Shown in pieces: positions 21,532 through 30,876 of a stretch of 64,000 nt of DNA. The stretch's first letter is position 1, and each line of letters starts with the position of its first letter. This stretch comes from Candidatus Eiseniibacteriota bacterium (GTDB taxonomy: Bacteria > Eisenbacteria > RBG-16-71-46), in contig OY970342.1 in NCBI GenBank assembly GCA_963717505.1, positions 3,488,001-3,552,000 on the forward strand, read 5' to 3'. The position numbers and the translations under genes are program-made. The notes beneath the pieces were generated by a model. It was given only the letters and a program-made list of their open reading frames with translations. It had not been told where the DNA came from and did not search any database.

Positions 21532-23862
21532 ATGAGCGTGGTCGGCGGTCGGCACGGTGAGGCACTTCGCCTCGGGCGCCAAGCTGTAGCCTGGGTCGCC
21601 ATCGCGACCTCGGTCGTGGTGGCGGAGGGAGCGGGCGCAGAAGGCATCAATCTCTCCTGGGACGACTGCGGGGTCACAGGCCCCCGGCTCAAGACTTTCT
21701 CGTGCAACACGAATGCAGGCGAGGACGTTTTGGTCGGTTCGTTCCGGCCGCCCGATGGGATGACCGAGTTCCTCGGGATATCTGTGGACCTGCGCATCAC
21801 CTCGGAGACCGAAACCATTCCTGACTGGTGGCACCATGGTACCGGTCTCTGTCGAGGCACGACCGGATTGGCCACGGACTTGGACTTCACCGGGAATTTC
21901 AACTGCATGGACTTCTACCGTGGCAGCGCGGCCGGTGGGTTCGCCTACGACGTCGGTTTCGGCGCTCCGAATCAGGCGCGCCTGCGCATTCAGTGCGCGG
22001 TGCCTTTCGAAAACCGTGGTCCCATCTCGAGCGCAAACGAGTACTACGCATTCATGTTTCGCCTCCAGCACAACAGGAGTATCGGCACTGGCAGCTGCGC
22101 CGGCTGTGCCGAAACGGTCTCGATCCGTCTGAACGAGATCCAGCTGTTCCAGCCTCCGGAGCAGAACTTCGACCCGACGCTGACCTCGCCGCTCAACAGC
22201 ACCGAAGTCTACTGGCAAAACGGGCCCGAGCCACCGCCAGGGGTGTTCACGTTCGCACCTCCAGCCGGCCACGAGGGTACACCGGTGATGCTGACCGGCT
22301 CGAACTTCACGGGCGCTTCGATGGTGCAATTCAACTACCTGCCGACATCGTTCACCGTGAACTCGGACACGGAAATCGAGACGGTGGTTCCGTTTGGTGC
22401 CCGAACCGGGCCGATCCAGGTGACGACCGTCGACGGGCCAGTCGTGAGCGCCGGCACATTCGTAGTGGCTCCGCAGATCACCGGCTTCGAACCCGCTCAG
22501 GCGCCGATTGGCTATCCGGTCAGAGTCACTGGGATCAACTTCACGGCGACCAGTGCCGTTCGGTTCAACAGCGCCACGGCGGACTTCACGATCCTTTCGG
22601 ACACGGAGCTCTCCGCCGTCGTCCCGGCATCGGCGACCGACGGTCCGATCACGGTGGTCAATCCGGGGGGATCCGACGTCTCGGACGACGTCTTTCGCAT
22701 CGGGCCAGTGCAAGTCGAGGGAGGCGCAATCAATTTCTCCTGGAACGACTGTGTTGGCCCTCCCTCCGTCATCTTTGGGTGTAACAACAACGTCGGACCG
22801 CCTTTCACGGCGGTTGCCTCATTCGTACCGCCGACCGGGATCATGGAATTCCTCGGCCTGTCCGCGCAGATCGGCGTCCACGCCATCGGTCATCCAACGA
22901 TTCCAGACTGGTGGCAACACGGAATCGGGCTCTGCCGGGGAACCACGGGGCTGAACGTCGGCTACGATTTCACCTCCGGGCCGTTCTCTTGTCTCGATCC
23001 GTATTACGGAGCGGCCGTCGGGGGCTTCAGGTATGACGTCGGGTTCGGTGGTCCCAATCGCGCGCGACTGCTGGTACAGGCGGCGATTCCCTTCGAGAAC
23101 CGGCTGGCGCTCGACCCGGGTTCGGAGTTCTATGCCTTCAAAGTCATCCTGAGCCGAGACAAGACGACGGGAGTCGGTGCGTGCTCAGGCTGCATTGCTT
23201 CCGTGCACTTGACACTCGACTACGTGCAACTGTTCCAGCCACCCGAGCTTGGCTTCGATCCGATGCTCTATACGACGACGAACGGGAACGTCGTTGGCTG
23301 GCAGGAGGCAGGCTTGCCGGTTCTGGTGTCGGTGGTGACCGCCGAAGCCACATCGGATCGGGTGCGGCTGGTGTGGCAGACCGAGGACGTCGAATACGCG
23401 ACTGTCCACCGCCGAGAAGGCGAAGGTGCGTGGCGGCAAGTGGCGACCCTCGTCCCCGATGGCCTGCGCCGCGTGACCTACGAAGACATCGACATCACAC
23501 CCGGCGCCACCTACGACTATCGCCTCGGGATTCAGGAAACGACGGGTGAGGTGTACATGGGCGAAACCAGCGTTACCGTTCCGGCTTCGTCGCCCGCGCC
23601 GTTGGCACTAGCGCGCGTGGCCTGGGACGGCTCGGCCGGAGCGCTCGTCGTCTCGCTTTCGCTGCCCCAGGCCGGATCCGCCGCCTTCGAGCTGTTCGAC
23701 GTCAACGGCCGGCGGGTGGGCGAGGAGCGACTCGAAGGGCTCGAGGCGGGCGAGCACCAGCTCAGCCTGCGACCGGCCCAGCCGCTCATGCCGGGGGTGT
23801 TCTTCGCCCGAGTGACCCAGAACGGCGAGGCGGCGAGCCGGAGGTTCGTGGTCGTTCAGTAG
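21532..23862 (+). CDS. Array gene C: secreted protein with 2 Cys-rich domains, 2 IPT/TIG domains, an FN3-like module and a T9SS-like tail
   Basis: Intact 776-aa ORF containing [10 protein letters not shown] and AINFSWNDCV and ending RRFVVVQ. Confidence 0.9.
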   Translation: MSVVGGRHGEALRLGRQAVAWVAIATSVVVAEGAGAEGINLSWDDCGVTGPRLKTFSCNTNAGEDVLVGSFRPPDGMTEFLGISVDLRITSETETIPDWWHHGTGLCRGTTGLATDLDFTGNFNCMDFYRGSAAGGFAYDVGFGAPNQARLRIQCAVPFENRGPISSANEYYAFMFRLQHNRSIGTGSCAGCAETVSIRLNEIQLFQPPEQNFDPTLTSPLNSTEVYWQNGPEPPPGVFTFAPPAGHEGTPVMLTGSNFTGASMVQFNYLPTSFTVNSDTEIETVVPFGARTGPIQVTTVDGPVVSAGTFVVAPQITGFEPAQAPIGYPVRVTGINFTATSAVRFNSATADFTILSDTELSAVVPASATDGPITVVNPGGSDVSDDVFRIGPVQVEGGAINFSWNDCVGPPSVIFGCNNNVGPPFTAVASFVPPTGIMEFLGLSAQIGVHAIGHPTIPDWWQHGIGLCRGTTGLNVGYDFTSGPFSCLDPYYGAAVGGFRYDVGFGGPNRARLLVQAAIPFENRLALDPGSEFYAFKVILSRDKTTGVGACSGCIASVHLTLDYVQLFQPPELGFDPMLYTTTNGNVVGWQEAGLPVLVSVVTAEATSDRVRLVWQTEDVEYATVHRREGEGAWRQVATLVPDGLRRVTYEDIDITPGATYDYRLGIQETTGEVYMGETSVTVPASSPAPLALARVAWDGSAGALVVSLSLPQAGSAAFELFDVNGRRVGEERLEGLEAGEHQLSLRPAQPLMPGVFFARVTQNGEAASRRFVVVQ

Positions 23863-23873
23863 GGGAGAGTGAC

Positions 23874-26800
23874 GTGGCAGCCGTCCGACGAAGATGGGCA
23901 GCGCTCGAACCCGCGTCGACTCGGCGGTGCGCTGCCGTTGCCGCGTTTGTCGCTCTTCTCGCCGGCGCGGGCGTGACCCACGCCGCAGGCATCAACCTGT
24001 CGTGGGACGACTGCGGTGTCGCGGGCGACGAACTCGAGACGTTCGCTTGCAGCACGATCACCGCCACACCGGTCGCGTTGGTCGGCTCGTTCGTTCCACC
24101 CGCGGGCGTCGACCAGCTCGTGGGATTCTCGGCCGAGATCCGCATCGAAGCCTTCGCACTGCCGGATTGGTGGCACACCAGTCCGTGCGGCGGGGGAGGC
24201 GTGCTGACCACGGATCTCGACTTCCGCTCCGGGCCTGGTACCTGCCTCGATCCCTGGAGCGGTCAGGCCTCGGGCAGCTTCACGTATCAGGTTCGCTACT
24301 ATGGTCCCAACACCGTGCGTCTCGGTGTTTCGGGCTTCGTCCCCGAGGCTCGGGCGATCGTCACGAATCCCTCGTCCGAATACTATGCTTTCAAGGTCCT
24401 GATCAATCAGCCCTATTCGATCATCGCTGGCTTCGCCTGCAGCGGTTGCGAAATTCCGGTCCGGCTGACACTCCAGGAGATCCTGCTCTTCCAACGAGTC
24501 TCCGCCGGATACGACCCGCTGCTCACCGAAGCGGTGACTCGCAACACGGTTCGCTGGCAGGGGGAACCAGGACCACCGCCCGAAGTTCTATCGTTCGACC
24601 CGACGAGTGGGCGTCCGGGCGACGAGATTACGATCCGCGGCCGCTACTTCACCGGGGCGAACCACGTGCAGTTCGGAACTGCCCTGGCATCGTTCACCGT
24701 GGTTTCAGACTCGATGATTGTTGCGGTCGTGCCCAGCAACGCTGCAACCGGCCAGATATGGGTCGGCACCATTCGCGGGGCTGGCCGTAGTGTCGACGAG
24801 TTCCGCGTTGCTCCGACCATCCGCTACTTCATTCCACGTCAGGCGCCGGTCAGCCACTGGATTGCGATCACCGGGAATGGGTTCACCACATCCGCTTCGG
24901 TCACGATCGACGGCCATGCGGCCGAGGTCGGATTCCGCGCGGACACTCTGGTCCAGGCCAAGGTGCCTGCGGGGGCCGTCGCTGGGCCCATCGTCGTCTC
25001 TGTGGACGGTGTCGCCGACACCTCCGACGCCATCTTCACCGTCGGCCCGTGGTTCGAGGGTCGTTTGGAACTCGCGTGGAATGACTGCTCGGGCGGCGGC
25101 AGCGACCTCGAGACGTTCGCGTGCAACACCAACAATGGTTCGTCGTCGTTGATCGGCTCGTTCATCCCACCACCCGATGTGATCCAGCTCGTGGGCTTCG
25201 AGGCCGACGTCCGGATCACGGCCGGGGCGCTACCCAACTGGTGGAAACACGGTCTCGGCCAGTGCCGCGGGCCGTCAGCACTCGATTCTGACTTCGACTT
25301 CCGATCCGGGCCATTCACGTGTCGCGACCTTTGGGCAGGCAACGGAAGTGGAAGTCACAACTATCAGGTCGGCTACTACGGACCGAACACGGCCCGTCTG
25401 CGTTTGACGGCGTTCGGCCCCGAGCGGCCGGTGAGTTCCGATTCGCAGTACTACGCCTTCCGACTGAACGTTGGCCGCACACGCACCGTGGGCAATCCTA
25501 GCTGCTCGGGCTGCGGCGTCCCGGTCAGCCTCTCGCTCCAGCACATCCAACTCTTCCAAGACCAGAACGTGTGGTTCAACCCACCTGCGATCACAACGCC
25601 GGTTCGCCGCAACACCGTGTTCTGGCAGGGAGCGCCTGGACCGCCCCCGCTGATCTATTCGTTCGTTCCCAGCTTCGGGACGCCGGGAACGAGTGTCACC
25701 GTGCGGGGCGCGGGCTTCACCGACGCGTTCTCGGTGCGTTTCGACCTTGCCCCGGCCACCTTCATCGTGGTCTCGGATTCGATCATCTCTACAACAGTGC
25801 CGGACTCGGCCCTTGCAGGCCCGATCCATGTGTCCACAACCCGCGGCGCCACGTCGAGCGCTCAGGATTTCATTCAGCCGCCTAGGATCATCCAGTTCAC
25901 GCCACACCAGGGACTCGCGGGCCGTACCGTGACCGTAACCGGGGAGAACCTGCTAGGCATGACGCAGGTCGAGTTCAACGGCCTGCCGGCATCCTTCGCG
26001 GTCTACTCGCGAAACCTCATGACCACGACTGTGCCGGCTGGGGCCACGGATGGTCCGATCGTGGTGACCAACCCCGCCGGTTCGGATACATCGGACGTTG
26101 GGTTCATCATCGCCCCGATTGGCCCGGGAGGGACGATCAATCTCTCGTGGGACGACTGCGGCCTTTCGGGAACAGTTCTCAAGACCTTCGCTTGCGACGC
26201 CAACACAGGCACGCCGTTCACCTTCGTGGGTTCATTCGTGCCTTCGAGCACGTTGCCGGAGTTCCTCGGAGTGTCGGTGGACATGGTCATTCGCTGGGAC
26301 ACGTCCAATGTCCCCGACTGGTGGCGCCATGGAAGCGGTTTGTGCCGGGGAAACACGGGACTCGCGACCAATTTTGATTTCACCTCCGGGCCGTTCAGCT
26401 GCCTGGATTTCTACGTCGGATTTGGGGCTGGCGGCCACGCCTATGACCTCGGGTATGGTTCGCCCAATCAGGCGCGGCTCCGAATTCAGGCAGCCGTGCC
26501 GTTCGAGAACCGCGGTGTAATCGATCCGTCTTCGGAGTACTACGCGTTCAAGGTCAGCCTCCTCCGGGGGAAAACGACGGGCAGTGGATCGTGCAATGGC
26601 TGCTTCGAGCCCGCCTGCATCGTCCTCAACGAGATCCAGCTCTTCCAGACGCCTGAGCTGGCCAATGATCCTCGCATCACGAACTCGGGGGCTCGCAACT
26701 TCGTCAACTGGCAGCAGGAGCTGCCATCGTGTCCGGGCGCTGTGCCGACGCTGGTTTCAGTCGTGACGGCCGAGGCCCGCTTCGACAGAATCCTGCTTGT

Positions 26801-27290
26801 CTGGCAGACCGAGGACATCGAACGGGCGACCGTCCACCGCCGCGAGGCGGAAGGAGAGTGGCGACAGATCGCCTCGCTCTATCCCGACGGCCAAGGTCGC
26901 GTGACCTACGAGGACACCGACGTCACACCCGGGGCGACCTACGACTATCGCCTGGGCGTTCCGGTTCCGACCGGCGAGGTCTACATGGGGGAGACCCATA
27001 TTGCCGTGCCCTCGGCCGCTCCCGATCCGCTCGCTCTCGCGCGCGTGGCGTGGGATGCCTCCGCCGGAGCGCTCGCCGTGTCGCTGTCCCTGCCGAAGGC
27101 AGGCTTGGCCTCGTTCGAGCTGTTCGACGTCAACGGTAGGCGACTGGGAGAGGAGCGACTGGAGGGACTGGAAGCCGGACGTCACGAACTCAGCCTGCGG
27201 CCGGCCCAGCCGCTCATGCCTGGCGTGTTTTTCGCCCGCGTGACCCAGAATGGCGAGGCGGCGAGCCGGAGGTTCGTGGTCTTCCAGTAG
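23874..27290 (+). CDS. Array gene D: secreted protein with 3 Cys-rich domains, 4 IPT/TIG domains, an FN3-like module and a T9SS-like tail
   Basis: Intact 1138-aa ORF with a GTG start after GGAG, signal peptide ending VTHA, and C-terminus RRFVVFQ. Confidence 0.9.
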   Translation: MAAVRRRWAALEPASTRRCAAVAAFVALLAGAGVTHAAGINLSWDDCGVAGDELETFACSTITATPVALVGSFVPPAGVDQLVGFSAEIRIEAFALPDWWHTSPCGGGGVLTTDLDFRSGPGTCLDPWSGQASGSFTYQVRYYGPNTVRLGVSGFVPEARAIVTNPSSEYYAFKVLINQPYSIIAGFACSGCEIPVRLTLQEILLFQRVSAGYDPLLTEAVTRNTVRWQGEPGPPPEVLSFDPTSGRPGDEITIRGRYFTGANHVQFGTALASFTVVSDSMIVAVVPSNAATGQIWVGTIRGAGRSVDEFRVAPTIRYFIPRQAPVSHWIAITGNGFTTSASVTIDGHAAEVGFRADTLVQAKVPAGAVAGPIVVSVDGVADTSDAIFTVGPWFEGRLELAWNDCSGGGSDLETFACNTNNGSSSLIGSFIPPPDVIQLVGFEADVRITAGALPNWWKHGLGQCRGPSALDSDFDFRSGPFTCRDLWAGNGSGSHNYQVGYYGPNTARLRLTAFGPERPVSSDSQYYAFRLNVGRTRTVGNPSCSGCGVPVSLSLQHIQLFQDQNVWFNPPAITTPVRRNTVFWQGAPGPPPLIYSFVPSFGTPGTSVTVRGAGFTDAFSVRFDLAPATFIVVSDSIISTTVPDSALAGPIHVSTTRGATSSAQDFIQPPRIIQFTPHQGLAGRTVTVTGENLLGMTQVEFNGLPASFAVYSRNLMTTTVPAGATDGPIVVTNPAGSDTSDVGFIIAPIGPGGTINLSWDDCGLSGTVLKTFACDANTGTPFTFVGSFVPSSTLPEFLGVSVDMVIRWDTSNVPDWWRHGSGLCRGNTGLATNFDFTSGPFSCLDFYVGFGAGGHAYDLGYGSPNQARLRIQAAVPFENRGVIDPSSEYYAFKVSLLRGKTTGSGSCNGCFEPACIVLNEIQLFQTPELANDPRITNSGARNFVNWQQELPSCPGAVPTLVSVVTAEARFDRILLVWQTEDIERATVHRREAEGEWRQIASLYPDGQGRVTYEDTDVTPGATYDYRLGVPVPTGEVYMGETHIAVPSAAPDPLALARVAWDASAGALAVSLSLPKAGLASFELFDVNGRRLGEERLEGLEAGRHELSLRPAQPLMPGVFFARVTQNGEAASRRFVVFQ

Positions 27291-27479
27291 GGCTCGCCCG
27301 CCTGGCGGTCACTTCGCTGCTCAAACGCGGTCAGAAGCCTGCTCCCTTACACGCGTCGAATAAGGGCTAGTCAAGATCGGCCGCGGGGAGTAGCCTACGG
27401 GCTCTCCCCAAGAGGACCGGGTTGCATCGCGGCCGTTTCGGGTCGTCACCGGAGGGTCGCTAATCCTCGCGGAGGAATT

Positions 27480-30400
27480 ATGACGACCTATCGCACGTGG
27501 GCTCCTGCCCTTGCGACCTTCGCCATCAGCGGCGCTCTCATCCTCGCGGCCGCACCCGCTCGAAGCTCCGGCATCAACCTCGCCTGGAACGACTGTGGCA
27601 CGGCCGGCGCAACCATTCAGTCGTTCGCCTGCGACACCGACCAGGGCGCGCCCTTCAGCCTGGTTGCTTCGTTCGTTCCGCCGGCCGGCGTCGGCGCGCT
27701 GATCGGCGTCTCGGGCGACCTTCGTATCTCGGGACCCGAGCTTCCCGATTGGTGGAAGCATGGGTTCGAACAGTGCCGGGGCGGCACGGGGCTCTACCCG
27801 GATGTCGCGTTCGCGCCGGGCGCTTGCGCAAATCCATGGCCGGGCAGCCAGACGGCGGAAATCACCTACCGGCCCGATGCGCTGGATCCCAACACCGCCT
27901 TTGCCACCGTTCGGATCTCGATCCCGGACGGCCAGACCGAAGCACTCTCGGCCGCCAGCGAGTACCACGCGTTCACGTTGCGCGTCGCTCGCACGCTGTC
28001 GATCGGACCGGACGCATGCGCGGGGTGCACCGATCCCGTGCGGCTCTTGCTCGAGCGCATCCAGTTGCACCTGGCACCGGGAGCGGGAGAGGACCCGGTG
28101 ATCGAATCGGCGCTCGCCAGTTCGGCCGCCTACTGGCAGGCCGAAGTCGGGACTCCACCCGAGATCACAGGCATCACGCCCGACAGCGGGACTCCCGGCA
28201 CCCAGGTCGACATCGCGGGAACGAACTTCACCGGTACCTGGTCCGTGCGCTTCGGCGAGGCGGAAGCCTCGTACACCGTGGCTTCTGATCAGCTGATCCA
28301 CGCGACCGTGCCGCCGCTCGCACAGACCGGCGAGATCCAGGTCGTGACCTCGTTCGGCTCGGCTTCGAGCCCCGGCATTTTTCTCGTGCCGCCGATCGTC
28401 TCCGACTTCCTGCCGCGCCAGTCCCCGGCCGGATCGGAGGTCACGATTCAGGGGATGAACTTCGCCGATGCGACCGCGGTCGAGTTCAATGGAGTTCCCG
28501 CGTCCTTCACCATCGAGTCCGCATCCGCGATTCGCGCCACGGTGCCGAACGGTTCGGTCGAGGGACCGATTCGCGTCACGAGCCCGAGTGGCGTCGGAGT
28601 CTCCAGCCAGTCGTTCGCGTTGGGTTCACCGCAAGGCATGCTCAACTTGTCGTGGGATGAATGCGGTCTGGCCGGAACCGACCTCAAGAACTTCTCGTGC
28701 CTCACCAACTTCGGCCCGTTCGATCTGATCGCGTCGTTCGTGCCGCCCCCCGGCATCGAAGAGGTGGTCGGCATGACCGCGACCCTGCGGGTCACGAGCG
28801 ACGCACTGCCCAACTGGTGGGGGCAATCCGGCACGTTCTGTCGAGGCCTGTGTTCGACGGTGGACTTCTCCGACGACTCGGGCTGCACCGACCTCTGGGC
28901 CCTGCGCGGCGCCCAGGCGTTCCAGAATCTGGAATTGGGCTACTTCGGACCGGGCAGCGCCCGCCTGACGACGTGGGCCTATTCGACCCTGGGAGCGCTC
29001 GATCCGGCCACCGAGTACCTGGCGTTTCGCATCGTGGTTGCCTCGCATCCATCGCGATCCAGCGCGTGCGACATCCAGCAGGGCCCGATGGACTTCGCGC
29101 TCGACGAGATCCAGTTGCTGCAGGCGAACTCGGTCGTGACGCCGATTCATGACGTGCTCAACCGGAACACGGCGCACTGGCAGGGCCAATCGGGGCCAAG
29201 ACCTCGCGTGGACGCATTCTCGCCCGCGGCGGGAGCCCCCGGAACGTCGGTGATTGGTTTCCGGCGACCACTTCACCGAGGCACACTCGGTGCGCTTCGG
29301 CGAGTTCGAGGCGTCGTTCAAGGTGGTGTCCGACGAGCACAGATTTCGGCGACGGTGCCGCCGGGGGCTCGGACCGGCGCGATTCGCGTCGCCTCGCCCT
29401 ACGGTTCGGACACGAGCGACGAATCGTTCATCGTCGCGCCCCGAATCCTCAGCTTCACGCCCCGACAGGCTCTGGTCGGGGCCACGGTATGGATTCAGGG
29501 CGAGAATCTCGGCGACGCCACCCAGGTCACGTTCCATGACGGCGTCAGCGCCGCGTTCCAGATCATCTCCGACAGCGAGCTACGCGCGACGGTGCCTGCG
29601 GGCGCTGCGGACGGGGCGATTCGGGTGGCAAACCCAGGGGGTGAGGGAGCGTCCAAGCTGAGTTTCGTCGTGGGCGACGACTTTGTTCCCGGCATCAATC
29701 TGTCCTGGGACGATTGCGGCGAAGCCGGCGCCACCCTCTACACGTTCGCCTGCGACGAAAACAGTGGGGCGCCGTTTGCCATGGTCGCATCGTTCCTTCC
29801 ACCGGCAGGCGTCGCCGAATTCGTGGGCTTGTCCGCGACCCTCATGATCGAGTCCGAATCGGAGATCCTGCCGAGTTGGTGGCAACACGGCCTCGGCTAC
29901 TGCCGTGGCACGACGCGGCTCTCGACGGCGTTCGACTTCCGGTCCGGACCCTACTCGTGTCGCGATCCGTTCCTCGGCCTGGGCGCCGGCGGCTATGACT
30001 ACGAGTCGCACTGGGATCGCCCGAACCTAGCGCGCCTGCGCATCCAATGCGCGGTGCCCTACGAGATGCGGGGCGCCGTCGAACCCAGCGATGAGTACTT
30101 TGCGTTCAAGGTCCACATTCTGCGCTCGAAGACCACGGGTGATGGAGCCTGTAGCGGCTGCGACGAACCGGTAAGCATCTCGCTGAGCGAGATCCAGTTG
30201 TTCCAGCCGGCGTTCCGAGGGTTCGACCCGATCATCGCCACGCCGCACGGCGCCAGCGTGATCTCGTGGCAAGCGACCAAGACCACGACGCCGGTCCTGG
30301 TCTCGGTCGTCACCACCGAGGCCACGCCCGATCGCGTGCGCCTCGTCTGGCAGACCGAGGACGTCGACCACGCCACCGTCCAACGGCGCGAGGCCGAAGG

Positions 30401-30848
30401 CCCCTGGCGGCAGGTGGCCACGCTTCGGCCCGACGGGCAGCGGCGCATGACCTACGAAGACACCAGCGTCACGCCGGGCGCGACCTACGACTACCGGCTC
30501 GGCGTTCGAGTCGGCTTTCCGGTTCCGGGGGGCGAGGTCTACATGGGGGAGACGCGGGTCACGGTTCCCGACGTGGCAGCCGAGCCACTCGCGCTCGCAC
30601 GCGTGGCCTGGGACGGTTCGGCCGGAGCGCTGGCGGTGAAGCTCTCGCTGCCGCGCGCCGGCTCGGCGTCGTTCGAGCTGTTCGACGTCAACGGGCGGCG
30701 ACTCGGTGTCGAGCGCCTCGAAGGACTCGAAGCCGGAAGTCACGAATTGAGCTTGAGGCCCGGGCAGGCGCTCAGGCCGGGCGTGTTCTTCGCTCGCCTC
30801 ACGCAGGACCGGGAGGGAGTCTCGCGGAGGTTCGTGGTCGTGCAGTAG
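27480..30848 (+). CDS. Array gene E: secreted protein with 3 Cys-rich domains, 4 IPT/TIG domains, an FN3-like module and a T9SS-like tail
   Basis: GGAGGA RBS and a signal peptide. Compensating frameshifts at ~29255-29345 put the IPT sequence VSGDHFTEAHSVRFGEFEASF in another frame. Confidence 0.88.
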   Translation: MTTYRTWAPALATFAISGALILAAAPARSSGINLAWNDCGTAGATIQSFACDTDQGAPFSLVASFVPPAGVGALIGVSGDLRISGPELPDWWKHGFEQCRGGTGLYPDVAFAPGACANPWPGSQTAEITYRPDALDPNTAFATVRISIPDGQTEALSAASEYHAFTLRVARTLSIGPDACAGCTDPVRLLLERIQLHLAPGAGEDPVIESALASSAAYWQAEVGTPPEITGITPDSGTPGTQVDIAGTNFTGTWSVRFGEAEASYTVASDQLIHATVPPLAQTGEIQVVTSFGSASSPGIFLVPPIVSDFLPRQSPAGSEVTIQGMNFADATAVEFNGVPASFTIESASAIRATVPNGSVEGPIRVTSPSGVGVSSQSFALGSPQGMLNLSWDECGLAGTDLKNFSCLTNFGPFDLIASFVPPPGIEEVVGMTATLRVTSDALPNWWGQSGTFCRGLCSTVDFSDDSGCTDLWALRGAQAFQNLELGYFGPGSARLTTWAYSTLGALDPATEYLAFRIVVASHPSRSSACDIQQGPMDFALDEIQLLQANSVVTPIHDVLNRNTAHWQGQSGPRPRVDAFSPAAGAPGTSVIGFRRPLHRGTLGALRRVRGVVQGGVRRAQISATVPPGARTGAIRVASPYGSDTSDESFIVAPRILSFTPRQALVGATVWIQGENLGDATQVTFHDGVSAAFQIISDSELRATVPAGAADGAIRVANPGGEGASKLSFVVGDDFVPGINLSWDDCGEAGATLYTFACDENSGAPFAMVASFLPPAGVAEFVGLSATLMIESESEILPSWWQHGLGYCRGTTRLSTAFDFRSGPYSCRDPFLGLGAGGYDYESHWDRPNLARLRIQCAVPYEMRGAVEPSDEYFAFKVHILRSKTTGDGACSGCDEPVSISLSEIQLFQPAFRGFDPIIATPHGASVISWQATKTTTPVLVSVVTTEATPDRVRLVWQTEDVDHATVQRREAEGPWRQVATLRPDGQRRMTYEDTSVTPGATYDYRLGVRVGFPVPGGEVYMGETRVTVPDVAAEPLALARVAWDGSAGALAVKLSLPRAGSASFELFDVNGRRLGVERLEGLEAGSHELSLRPGQALRPGVFFARLTQDREGVSRRFVVVQ

Positions 30849-30876
30849 AGTTGCCAGCCGTCCTCGGAGGTCGCTC

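Larger units (their letters stand above)
21417..27290 (+). repeat. Near-identical 87-bp direct repeats at the 3' ends of genes B (21417-21503), C (23776-23862) and D (27204-27290)
   Basis: By manual comparison, B and C differ at 2 of 87 nt (both synonymous), and B and D differ at about 7. Confidence 0.85.

Noticed and set aside
21417-27290. Diversity-generating retroelement template/variable repeats
   Set aside because: The differences are mostly synonymous and not adenine-specific, all copies are coding, and there is no reverse transcriptase in the window.
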